Shown here: positions 1 to 8,095 of the stretch, piece by piece
Layout: every line of letters starts with the position of its first letter
How positions within the stretch are numbered: position 1 is the first letter of the stretch
Source: Bacteroidia bacterium
GTDB lineage: Bacteria > Bacteroidota > Bacteroidia > SpSt-205
Assembly: GCA_039630245.1 (NCBI GenBank)
Contig: JBCNVK010000001.1
Span: 333,598 to 397,597 of the forward strand
Direction: 5' to 3'
Length of the DNA: 64,000 bases
Translations under genes and position numbers: made by a program
Notes under the pieces: model-generated
What the model saw: the letters and a program-made list of their open reading frames with translations, nothing else
The model's database searches: none
What the model was told of the DNA's origin: nothing

Positions 1-2
1 GG

Positions 3-890
3 CGAGCCGCCTACGCCCAAGCCGGCCTGCCCCTTCCCTCCCCCTCCTCGGCTAAGCTCAAGACGGACCAGTTTGTTTATGAGGAACTTATTTCACCCTG
101 GCGCGAGGAAGCCCTATGGGTTTATGCCGAGAGCTTCGTGCCCTCTTCTAAACGCGCCTTGCCTTCTGAGAGCGTTGGGCGGCTTCAAAGCGAGCTCGCT
201 GACCGAATAGTGCAGTACTATTTTTACTCTACGCAGGAGACGGCTTGGCTTCTTTTAGCCCTCCAGCGCCTCAGCCCTAGTGGAAAGGCGGCCCAGGCTG
301 AAGTGCGCCTGAGTTCAAAAACCCTCAAGCTAAATACCGCCCCCATAGGTATTGACCTAAGCACGGAGCCCGACTCGGTGCTACGCCTGGCTAATCTCAG
401 CAGCGATAGTCTGTATGCGCTAATCTGGGTAGAAGGCGTACCCATAACGCCCCAGCCGCCTCAAACTAAGGGACTCAAACTGCAAACCGATTGGGAAACG
501 TCCAGCTCCCCTAAGCTCAAAGCTGGCCAAGGGGTGAAGTGGCATATAGGTATTGAAGCCGACTATGCCGACCTTCCCCTTTATCAGGTGGCCCTCACTA
601 TCCCTATACCCGCCGGCTGGGAGGTCCTCAATCCCCGCCTCTTCCCCGAAGAAGCACCGATCTCCGTAGAGGGCGCCGAGCTGGTGTATGTAGATATCCG
701 GGAGGACCAGCTGCGCTGTTACCTGAACTTAACAAAACCTAAAGCCCGGCTTAGTCTGACGGCCCAGGTAACCTATGGGGGCACCTACGTCATGCCTGCT
801 CTAAGCATTCTGGCGATGTATAACCCCAATTTATATGGGACTACTCAGATGGTGCCACTCCAGGTACAGTCTGTAGGGGCTAGCCCTTAA
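3..890 (+). CDS. alpha-2-macroglobulin family protein, C-terminal fragment (5' end lies outside the window)
   Basis: The frame of ORF 138..890 stays open back to nt 3 with no stop. The C-terminal region (STQETAWLLLAL, IPIPAGWEVLNPRL) resembles bacterial alpha-2-macroglobulin C-terminal domains. Confidence 0.55.
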   Translation, partial: RAAYAQAGLPLPSPSSAKLKTDQFVYEELISPWREEALWVYAESFVPSSKRALPSESVGRLQSELADRIVQYYFYSTQETAWLLLALQRLSPSGKAAQAEVRLSSKTLKLNTAPIGIDLSTEPDSVLRLANLSSDSLYALIWVEGVPITPQPPQTKGLKLQTDWETSSSPKLKAGQGVKWHIGIEADYADLPLYQVALTIPIPAGWEVLNPRLFPEEAPISVEGAELVYVDIREDQLRCYLNLTKPKARLSLTAQVTYGGTYVMPALSILAMYNPNLYGTTQMVPLQVQSVGASP

Positions 891-902
891 TGTCCTTGCC
901 AG

Positions 903-2153
903 ATGTTTCGGCATCCTACCTTACCGACAGAGGTTTTTGTACGGCATCGCCAGCGCTTAGCCCAGGCTCTACCTTCTGGGGTAGCGGCTATCGTATGGGC
1001 TAATGAACCGCTAGCCGGCGAGGCGGATACAGCCCTACCTTTCCAGCAAAATAGCAACTTCTTTTACCTTACTGGGATAGAGACGCCGCACGCTTTGCTG
1101 TGGCTTTTTCCCGAAGCGCCTTTGCCCGAGCAGCGGGAGGTACTTTTCATCCAGCCGCCTTCCCCTGAGAAAAAGCTCTGGGAAGGGTGGAGCTATGGGA
1201 TCAAGGAGGCGCAGGCACGCAGCGGCGTACCCGAAGTTCAGCCCCTCAGCGAATGGCCAACCTTTTGGCGGCGAATGGTAAGTCAAATCCAAGGTATAGC
1301 GCTGGACTTCAACGAGCACGACCGCCAGACGCATGCGTTTGTACCTTCCCCGGCCCACCGCTTTGCCCGCCGGCTCCAGCAAGAGTTTCCCGCCCATTCC
1401 ATTCATCGGCTAGCGCCGCTACTTACACGCCTTCGGCTCCAAAAGGATCCTGAAGAGCTAGCCCTTATCCAGGAGGCGATCCGCATCACGATTGAAGCCT
1501 ATCAGGCCATCCAGCCTCTCCTGCGCGCAGGGGTTATGGAGTATGAGCTGGAAGCGGAAATCCAGCGGGTTTTTCTGCGGCGGCGCGCCTTTTCGGCCTT
1601 TCCGCCTATTGTGGCCGGGGGGGCTCGCGCCTGCACCCTCCACTACACCCATAATAGCCAGCCGCTTGCCGAAGGCGAACTGGTGCTTATAGATATCGGT
1701 GCCCGACTGGGTTTTTACAACGCTGACCTTACGCGCACGCTCCCCGTAGGCCCGCTTTCTAAGCAAGCCGAGCGCTACCTTCGCTGGGTGGCGGATGTGC
1801 AAACCTATGCCCAGCGCCTGCTCCGCCCCGGCCTGAGTCTCCACCAGTGGCACCAAGCCGTCGGCGAATACATGCAGGAAGGGCTCAAGGCCCTTGGCCT
1901 CCTTCCCGCCGAGGCTGAGCCTAATGCCTACAAGCGCTTCTTTCCCCATGGCCTAGGCCATTTCTTAGGTATAGACGTGCATGACGTAGGTTCCCGCTAC
2001 GACCCCCTGCCCGTGGGCGCCGTGGTTACCTGCGAACCCGGCCTCTACCTCCCCAACGAAGGGATCGGCATCCGAATTGAAAATGACCTCCTTGTTACGG
2101 AAAACGGCTGCCTCAATCTCAGCGCTGAGCTGCCTGACCTTCTGGGCCTGTAG
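903..2153 (+). CDS. pepP: Xaa-Pro aminopeptidase (peptidase M24B)
   Basis: 416 aa. M24 metal-ligand motifs are present: DIGARLGFYNADLTRT, HGLGHFLGIDVHD, EPGLY, GIRIEND. Confidence 0.85.
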   Translation: MFRHPTLPTEVFVRHRQRLAQALPSGVAAIVWANEPLAGEADTALPFQQNSNFFYLTGIETPHALLWLFPEAPLPEQREVLFIQPPSPEKKLWEGWSYGIKEAQARSGVPEVQPLSEWPTFWRRMVSQIQGIALDFNEHDRQTHAFVPSPAHRFARRLQQEFPAHSIHRLAPLLTRLRLQKDPEELALIQEAIRITIEAYQAIQPLLRAGVMEYELEAEIQRVFLRRRAFSAFPPIVAGGARACTLHYTHNSQPLAEGELVLIDIGARLGFYNADLTRTLPVGPLSKQAERYLRWVADVQTYAQRLLRPGLSLHQWHQAVGEYMQEGLKALGLLPAEAEPNAYKRFFPHGLGHFLGIDVHDVGSRYDPLPVGAVVTCEPGLYLPNEGIGIRIENDLLVTENGCLNLSAELPDLLGL

Positions 2154-2550
2154 CGGCCGGCAAAAAGTTTTAGACCATACCTTCCCCCAGCACCTCTGGG
2201 TATATCCCGATACTATCTGGCAAACCTTTGAGGTGTCAGCCATTCAGCCCTGCCGAAAAGTAGAACTCCAGATAGAATTAGAAGAAACCTACCCCTGGCG
2301 CAACATGTATGTACTCTTCTTTTTCCAGCCGCCCAACCAGCCGCCTACCAAAGCCCGATTTCATTTAGTTTTTGCCGACTCACTGGGGTATTGGTATAAA
2401 AAGAATAGACGGTTCGCTCAGATAATTATTCCTCAGCTGGCCCTTCCCTATACAGGGCTCTATCGGATAGGTCTGCTGCCATACATTCGGCAGGACACTA
2501 TGATAGGCATTCGGCGCGCTCGGCTCTACCTCCTGCCCTGCTCGGAGTAA
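2077..2550 (+). CDS. gldH: gliding motility / T9SS-associated lipoprotein GldH-like
   Basis: 157 aa. The N-terminus MKMTSLLRKTAASISALSCLTFWAC has a lipobox-like Cys25. The body (YPWRNMYVLFFF, FADSLGYWYKK) resembles the GldH family. The first 77 nt overlap the pepP 3' end. Confidence 0.55.
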   Translation: MKMTSLLRKTAASISALSCLTFWACSGRQKVLDHTFPQHLWVYPDTIWQTFEVSAIQPCRKVELQIELEETYPWRNMYVLFFFQPPNQPPTKARFHLVFADSLGYWYKKNRRFAQIIIPQLALPYTGLYRIGLLPYIRQDTMIGIRRARLYLLPCSE

Positions 2551-2580
2551 ATGAGCACGGTTTTTGTTAGTCCTCTTAGC

Positions 2581-2886
2581 ATGCGGCGATTTGTCTTGCT
2601 TTTGGGGCTTGCTTTGGGGCAGGCGCAGCTAGCCCGACGCGAGGCTGAACTCCATTATGATCCCAGCCGCCACGCGCTGATTCGGCGCGGCGAGCAGATA
2701 GGCGAGGGCGAACGGATAGTAGTTCTGGACCTAATTGGTCGGCGCGTGTGCGTCTTAGAAGTGAATACCGAAGAGAGCCAGCTGCTGGCGCTTCCTGAGC
2801 TGAGCGAAGGGCTCTACTATGCGCAGTGGGTGGATGGGCAGGGACGCCTGCGGGCCGTACGACGCTTCTCCGTTGTGCAGAGATAA
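2581..2886 (+). CDS. small secreted protein consisting of a signal peptide plus a T9SS C-terminal sorting domain only
   Basis: The preferred start is MRRFVLLLGLALGQAQ at 2581; the ORF track starts at 2551. The remainder matches the Por secretion-tail pattern: HYDPSRHAL, IVVLDLIGRRV, LPELSEGLYYAQW, RFSVVQR. Confidence 0.5.
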   Translation: MRRFVLLLGLALGQAQLARREAELHYDPSRHALIRRGEQIGEGERIVVLDLIGRRVCVLEVNTEESQLLALPELSEGLYYAQWVDGQGRLRAVRRFSVVQR

Positions 2887-2888
2887 GC

Positions 2889-4505
2889 CTACATAGAGAT
2901 AGAGCCTTTCCGAAATTCCGTCTCACCGATATGTACATTCACTAAGGCGGGCTTACCTGAGGCGCGCGCCCGCTCCAAGGCCCCGGGAAGCTCAGCCGTA
3001 TCCTCTACGAAGCAGCCCCAGCCTCCTAAGGCTTCCACCATCTGGTCGTAGCGCGTGAGACGCAAGTCCGTAGCAATAGCTCGCCCGTACATAGGAAGTT
3101 GCGCCCGTTTGATTTGCGTCCAAGCGGCGTCGTTACCGATTACCCCTACAAAGGGCAGGTTGAAGCGCACCGCCGTGTCATACTCCATGCCATTCAGCCC
3201 GAAGGCCCCATCCCCAAAAACTACCCACACGTCGCTATCGGGAAAGAGGAGTTTGGCCGCTATGGCATACGGCGCGCCAGCCCCTAAGGTGCCCAGCGGA
3301 CCTGCATCTAACCACTGCCCTAGCCCTCTAGGCCGTATGGTGTAAGCCGAACTGCCCACAATATCCCCCCCGTCGCCGATTACGATGCTTTTCGGGGTGA
3401 GAAGTTTATCTATCTCTAGCCCGAGGCGGAGGGGATTTACGGGGCGCGTAGAGGCGGCCGCTTCGGCGTGGATACGGGCCTGGCGTTGCTGCTCTTCGGC
3501 CAGGAGCTGCTCTTTCCATTCGCGCCAGGCGGTGAGAGGCGGCTTGAAGGTCTGGGCCAGCCGCTGGAGAAAGTCGCCTGGGTCCCCATGCGCACTCACC
3601 GCCCCAGGGCGGTTCCGCTGGAGCTCACTAGGGTCGCGGTCTATCCGAATAAGCTGAGCACCCTCGGCGATAGAGGCGCCATAATTGAGCCGAAAGTCTA
3701 GCGGAACCCCCGCTAAAATCACTACATCGGCTTGGGCTAGGGCGGCCTTGCGTGAGTGCAGAAAGAAGAGCGGATGTTCGGCACCTAAAAGCCCGCGCGC
3801 CATGCCATTGAGATAGGTAGGTAGGCTGAGCACCTCTACCAGAGCCTTTATATGCGGCGCCTGGGGGGAGAAGAGGATCTGACTTCCAATCAGCAGCACG
3901 GGGCGCTGGGCCTGACGCAGAAGGTCGGCGGCCTGCTGGACCTCCCGTTCCGCCACGGGGAGAGGAGCTATCGCCCCATCCATCTCTACCCCTACTGAGC
4001 CCGCTCGGTCAAAAAGAATATCCATCGGACATTCCAAAAAGACAGGACCCATGACGCCGCTGGTGGCAGCTTCAAAGGCCCGCTGCACATAATCAGGTAT
4101 CTCGCGCGGGCTAGGGACGCGTACCGACCATTTGGTAATCGGGGCTAGAACGGCTACATGATCCATCTCCTGGAGGGCGCCCATACCCAAGGTAGGCTGA
4201 GCGGCTTGGCCACCGATTACAATCATGGGCGTCTGGGAGCGCCAGGCGTTAGCTACAGCCGTAACGACATTCATAACACCGGGGCCGGCCGTTACAGCAC
4301 ACACCCCGATGCGGCGAGTCAGCCGGGCTGCCGCTTCCGCCGCGAAGCCCGCCGCCTGCTCATGCCGAAAGTCTATCACGGGTACCCCAAGGTCTGCGCA
4401 GCCCTCGTAGATTTCCATAATGTGGCCGCCTGAGAGCGTAAAAAGATGCGTCATACCTATATCGCGCAGGGCACGGGCTATGAGCTTGCCTCCCGTCTGA
4501 GACAT
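2889..4505 (-). CDS. thiamine pyrophosphate-dependent enzyme (acetolactate synthase / oxalyl-CoA decarboxylase / 2-hydroxyacyl-CoA lyase-like)
   Basis: 538 aa. N-terminal TPP-Pyr domain (FTLSGGHIMEIYEG, FRHEQAAGFAAEAAARLT, AVTAGPGVMN) and C-terminal TPP-binding GDGAFGLNGMEYDTAVRFNLP. Confidence 0.75.
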   Translation of the reverse strand: MSQTGGKLIARALRDIGMTHLFTLSGGHIMEIYEGCADLGVPVIDFRHEQAAGFAAEAAARLTRRIGVCAVTAGPGVMNVVTAVANAWRSQTPMIVIGGQAAQPTLGMGALQEMDHVAVLAPITKWSVRVPSPREIPDYVQRAFEAATSGVMGPVFLECPMDILFDRAGSVGVEMDGAIAPLPVAEREVQQAADLLRQAQRPVLLIGSQILFSPQAPHIKALVEVLSLPTYLNGMARGLLGAEHPLFFLHSRKAALAQADVVILAGVPLDFRLNYGASIAEGAQLIRIDRDPSELQRNRPGAVSAHGDPGDFLQRLAQTFKPPLTAWREWKEQLLAEEQQRQARIHAEAAASTRPVNPLRLGLEIDKLLTPKSIVIGDGGDIVGSSAYTIRPRGLGQWLDAGPLGTLGAGAPYAIAAKLLFPDSDVWVVFGDGAFGLNGMEYDTAVRFNLPFVGVIGNDAAWTQIKRAQLPMYGRAIATDLRLTRYDQMVEALGGWGCFVEDTAELPGALERARASGKPALVNVHIGETEFRKGSISM

Positions 4506-5271
4506 GCCACAAAGTAAAGGTATCCCTTTCTTACTTTCGCTGGGCGTGGGGTGGTTACAGCGACTCTGGTGGGTAAGCCTGAGCGGTATAGCTAGCAGTC
4601 AACCTTGGGGTCTATGGACGCTTGAGCAGGTGGGTCTGAATTGGGGCCGCCAGCAGGCCTACCAAAGCCTCTTAGTCTTCCAGCCGCGCCTTTCGCCGCA
4701 GGGATGGGAGGCCTTTCTTATCTCGGGCAGTTTCGGTTATCGCTTTAGGTCGGCCCACCTCCTACAGGGAACGCTCCTCTGGTTTGATGCCTATACCCCG
4801 CGCCGCTTTATTCAGTACCGCCTTTTGGAGCGCTGGCAGTGGCAGATCACCCCAGCCCTTTCTGCTAGTCTAACTTTAGAGCAGCGCTGGGAAAGAGGCC
4901 AGCTTTGGGAAGCGCTTTTCCGACCCCTTCTGCGGGTGCGCTGGCCCCTCGGCCAGCATTTCTGGGTCCTTCTTACGGAAGAGATGCTTTGGAACCACTG
5001 GACGCAGCGGCGCCCGTGGCAAGTGGATCTACGCCAGCAGCGAATTTGGCTAGTCCTTGCCTTCCCGCGCCAAAAGCCCTGGTCCGTAGAAGTAGGCTAC
5101 ATTCACTTCGCTTTACCCCAGTCGGCGCCGCGCCATCGGCTCTGGCTAGCCCTGCGCTGGAATATAGTCCCTAACCTACGGAGATTTCCTCGCGAAAGCG
5201 GTAGAGCTGATCCCGCAGACGCGGTTCAAACCCCGCTGTCCGAATCACCCGCTGAATCTCCCTCGCGGTAA
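4504..5271 (+). CDS. DUF2490-like W/R-rich predicted outer-membrane protein
   Basis: 255 aa. The periodic W/R-rich pattern (RWQWQITPALSASLTLEQRWE, QQRIWLVLAF, VEVGYIHF, RHRLWLALRWNI) resembles the DUF2490 family. The last ~35 aa are a non-conserved tail antisense to the neighbouring gene. Confidence 0.5.
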   Translation: MPQSKGIPFLLSLGVGWLQRLWWVSLSGIASSQPWGLWTLEQVGLNWGRQQAYQSLLVFQPRLSPQGWEAFLISGSFGYRFRSAHLLQGTLLWFDAYTPRRFIQYRLLERWQWQITPALSASLTLEQRWERGQLWEALFRPLLRVRWPLGQHFWVLLTEEMLWNHWTQRRPWQVDLRQQRIWLVLAFPRQKPWSVEVGYIHFALPQSAPRHRLWLALRWNIVPNLRRFPRESGRADPADAVQTPLSESPAESPSR

Positions 5272-6274
5272 GCCGGTAGCGCGCACCCGCCGCCGACACC
5301 ACATTTTCCTCTATCATAATAGAGCCCATATCGTTGGCCCCGGCGTGGAGGCATACCTGAGCCACCTCTGGCCCTACCGTCAGCCAAGAAACCTGAATAT
5401 TTGGAATATTAGGCAGCATAAGGCGGCTCAGCGCCAGCATCCGCACGTATTCCTGCGGCGTCACCCGATTCTGAAGGCCCCGCACCCGCTGGAGTCGCGT
5501 CCCCTCAGCCTGAAAAGGCCATAAAATAAAAGCCGTAAAGCCATAACTTCCTTCGGGCTTCTCAGCCTGTAGGGAACGGATTTTGACTAAATGAATTAGG
5601 CGTTCTTCAATCGTCTCCACATGCCCAAACATCATCGTTGCGCTCGTAGGAATGCCCAAGCGGTGCGCCGTACGCATCACTTCTAGCCACTGATCCGCTG
5701 TACATTTACCGCGGGAGATAAGCCGCCGCACGCGGTCTACAAGGATTTCGGCCCCGGCCCCTGGAAGGGAGTCTAAGCCCGCCGCCCGCAGCCGCACCAA
5801 GGCTTCTTCATAGGTAAGGCCATCCCGCTCGCAGATATGCACGATCTCTGGCGGCGAAAGCGCATGCAGGCGTAGATTAGGATACCAGCTTTTGAGCCTA
5901 CGGAAAAGCGCCTCGTAAAATTCAATCCCCAAATCTGGATGATGCCCACCTTGAAGGAGCAGCTGGTCTCCGCCTAAAGCTAAAGTCTCTTCAATCTTGC
6001 GCCGGTAGGTTTCATCATCGGTTACATAGCCCTCGGGATGGCCAGGCGGCCGGAAGAAATTGCAGAACTTACAATTAGCTACGCAGATATTGGTGGTATT
6101 GACGTTGCGGTCAATTTGCCAGGTGACGATATTCGGCGTATCGGCCTTGAGGCGCAGGCGCAGCGCATGCGCATAGGCCATAAGCAGGGGTAGTGGTGCT
6201 TCCTCATACAGCTTTAGCCCTTCCTCTACTGAGAGGGACTCTCCTGCTAGCGCCTTTTCTAAAAGCTCTTCCAT
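5171..6274 (-). CDS. radical SAM enzyme of the futalosine menaquinone pathway (MqnE/MqnC/CofH family)
   Basis: 367 aa. Radical SAM cluster motif NTTNICVANCKFCNFF. The overall architecture matches the CofH/MqnC/MqnE family. Confidence 0.8.
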   Translation of the reverse strand: MEELLEKALAGESLSVEEGLKLYEEAPLPLLMAYAHALRLRLKADTPNIVTWQIDRNVNTTNICVANCKFCNFFRPPGHPEGYVTDDETYRRKIEETLALGGDQLLLQGGHHPDLGIEFYEALFRRLKSWYPNLRLHALSPPEIVHICERDGLTYEEALVRLRAAGLDSLPGAGAEILVDRVRRLISRGKCTADQWLEVMRTAHRLGIPTSATMMFGHVETIEERLIHLVKIRSLQAEKPEGSYGFTAFILWPFQAEGTRLQRVRGLQNRVTPQEYVRMLALSRLMLPNIPNIQVSWLTVGPEVAQVCLHAGANDMGSIMIEENVVSAAGARYRLTAREIQRVIRTAGFEPRLRDQLYRFREEISVG

Positions 6275-6288
6275 TTAGCGATAGAGAA

Positions 6289-6296
6289 CAAAAGTA
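6289..6296 (-). promoter_or_regulatory. -7 promoter box TACTTTTG (TAnnTTTG), 14 nt upstream of the ATG at 6274
   Basis: Exact match to the Bacteroidota sigma-A -7 consensus on the minus strand, in the intergenic region. Confidence 0.45.
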
Positions 6297-6324
6297 TGGT
6301 TTCTCAGGGGCATTAAGAACCGAA

Positions 6325-6355
6325 GGGGGAGCCAGCTTAGCTGCCTGACTCCCCC
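6325..6355 (-). terminator. putative intrinsic terminator hairpin downstream of the porin-like gene
   Basis: GGGGGAG / CTCCCCC 7-bp stem with an inner CAGC-TTA-GCTG stem. It lies 35 nt past the stop at 6390. No clear U-tract. Confidence 0.35.
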
Positions 6356-6389
6356 CTCAGCTACGCAAAAGGCATACTCTCTAACTCTC

Positions 6390-7097
6390 TTACTTACCCA
6401 AACCGAAGTAGTAGGCTACCATAATCCCAAGGGTAGTTTGGGTATGCCGAAAATCATCACCGATGTCAAGTAGATTTGTTAGCATTGGATCCCAGCGCAG
6501 GTAGGCCCCCAGCTCGCCATTTCCCATCGGGAAAACGGCCCCCGCCATAAGGGGAAGGCTTAGGGCTACCCGATTATATTCCTCACTTCCATCCTCAAAT
6601 AGGCTACCACTTTGGGTGGATGTAGTAGTAACTCGATCACCAAAGAAGTTTGTATATGTCTCAGTTCTCGTTTCCTTACGCTGCGCCGCGGTCCAAAAGC
6701 CGAGCTGAAGCCCAGCCCCACCTTCCAGAGCAAAAGAACCAACGGGGAACTTATAGCGCGCCATAATGGGTAGCTTCAGAAATACATCAGAACCTGAAGA
6801 TTTGACCTCTATTCTGTAAGATTGATCGCCTCTTTTGGCTTCGTCGCTAAAACTAGTCCAAGAGATAAGGAGGTCGGCACTGAAGCGCAAATTGTCATTG
6901 AGGCTTAGGAGGAAGGATGGCCCAGCAAAAAGGCCGAAGCCACTCTCCGACTCACTATCATCATCAAGCACGTACCGGTAAGTCCCTATTTGGGGACCGC
7001 CTACGACACCGACGTCAAAGCTCTGACCTAACAAAACGCCGCTCGCCAGGAAAGGCAGAAGCCACATCTGGCGCGTAATCAAGGTAAGCTTACGCAT
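6390..7097 (-). CDS. outer-membrane beta-barrel (porin-family / PorT-like) protein
   Basis: Start moved to MRKLTLITRQMWLLPFLASGVLLGQ (signal peptide), supported by the -7 box at 7105-7112. Alternating beta-strand pattern with aromatic C-terminus YYFGLGK. Confidence 0.6.
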   Translation of the reverse strand: MRKLTLITRQMWLLPFLASGVLLGQSFDVGVVGGPQIGTYRYVLDDDSESESGFGLFAGPSFLLSLNDNLRFSADLLISWTSFSDEAKRGDQSYRIEVKSSGSDVFLKLPIMARYKFPVGSFALEGGAGLQLGFWTAAQRKETRTETYTNFFGDRVTTTSTQSGSLFEDGSEEYNRVALSLPLMAGAVFPMGNGELGAYLRWDPMLTNLLDIGDDFRHTQTTLGIMVAYYFGLGK

Positions 7098-7104
7098 AGC
7101 GCAG

Positions 7105-7112
7105 CAAAGGTA
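7105..7112 (-). promoter_or_regulatory. -7 promoter box TACCTTTG, 7 nt upstream of the ATG at 7097
   Basis: Exact TAnnTTTG on the minus strand. It lies inside the over-extended ORF-track N-terminus. Confidence 0.5.
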
Positions 7113-7139
7113 GGACTTTTTTCTCATACAGGTCAAGGC

Positions 7140-7841
7140 CTAAAAGTACACCTGCAGGCCGGCTGTCCAGGGCAAAATGGCCCCTCCCTCGCTCGCTCCT
7201 TTAAGAAGAAAGTAGGGCATCGTAGCCGCAAATACCTGTACCCTTCTCTTATAAAGCGCCGAAAGCGTCAAACCCGTCCCTAGGCCCAGTAGGTTATAGC
7301 GAAAACCAATAGTGGTATGGGGACCTACCTGGCCATATAACCCTAAAACCACCGAGAAGGTAGGAACGAACCTAGGGCCTAAGGGGTTGTCTTCTAAACC
7401 CATCCCCACGGCGCCGCCGGCTTCTAAGCGCAGCTTGCCTGAGGCAGAAAGCGATGGTACCCCCATAAATTGGGCCTGAAAGTGAAGAGGCGTAGTTACA
7501 ATGTTATAGGGATCTCCCACCGCGCCTTCCAATTTCTCCCAGCGACGGCCTCCAAAAGCCCCCAGCTCAAACTTGAAGTTCTGATGTTGGAAGATCCCGC
7601 CAAACTGGCCTGTAATAAACAAGCTGCTTGCGGAAGCTATATCTCCTTTATCTTCTATGAATAGCTGCCCCACCCGCAGGCCCCCATAGCCCCGCCAGCC
7701 CTGATGATCTGGGGGCACTATCGGCGCTATAGGCGCACTTAGGTAAGCCGCTGGAAGTACCACTCGCCCACAGCCAATTAGCCCTAGCATACCCAGGGCT
7801 AAAAAGCCCAAACGCTGAATTTGCGTGAGGTGCATGCACAT
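7140..7841 (-). CDS. hypothetical lipoprotein / outer-membrane protein
   Basis: 233 aa. Signal peptide with LIGC lipobox, Gly-rich beta-strand-like repeats, C-terminal GLQVYF. Confidence 0.45.
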   Translation of the reverse strand: MCMHLTQIQRLGFLALGMLGLIGCGRVVLPAAYLSAPIAPIVPPDHQGWRGYGGLRVGQLFIEDKGDIASASSLFITGQFGGIFQHQNFKFELGAFGGRRWEKLEGAVGDPYNIVTTPLHFQAQFMGVPSLSASGKLRLEAGGAVGMGLEDNPLGPRFVPTFSVVLGLYGQVGPHTTIGFRYNLLGLGTGLTLSALYKRRVQVFAATMPYFLLKGASEGGAILPWTAGLQVYF

Positions 7842-7845
7842 ATAG

Positions 7846-7853
7846 TAAATATA
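7846..7853 (-). promoter_or_regulatory. near-consensus -7 box TATATTTA, 4 nt upstream of the ATG at 7841
   Basis: One mismatch (final G to A) to TAnnTTTG. It has the same 4-nt spacing seen at other genes. Confidence 0.3.
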
Positions 7854-7873
7854 AAGTCTAGGAAGTCTGCCCG

Positions 7874-8095
7874 CTACCGAACGCGTCGGAGGAAGTGCCA
7901 GAGGACGTGGGCGATGCCCACAAGACCGCCCAGTAAGAGCCCCAGCGAACCTACCGCCGTATAGCGCTGAAGGAGGTAGCCCAGCCCAAGCCAGAGACCT
8001 AAGAGCGCTACGATTTCTGTAGCGAGGGCTAGATAGCCATAGCCTTTAGCGGGCGATGGGGGCTTGAGCCTCGGCTTCGGCATAGAGGGACTCAA
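7874..8095 (-). CDS. small two-TM membrane protein, AtpZ/AtpI-like
   Basis: 73 aa with two hydrophobic helices (YLALATEIVALLGLWLGLGYLL, LGLLLGGLVGIAHVLW) and a basic C-terminus. The first 50 nt overlap the 3' end of the ligase gene. No atp genes are nearby. Confidence 0.35.
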   Translation of the reverse strand: MSPSMPKPRLKPPSPAKGYGYLALATEIVALLGLWLGLGYLLQRYTAVGSLGLLLGGLVGIAHVLWHFLRRVR

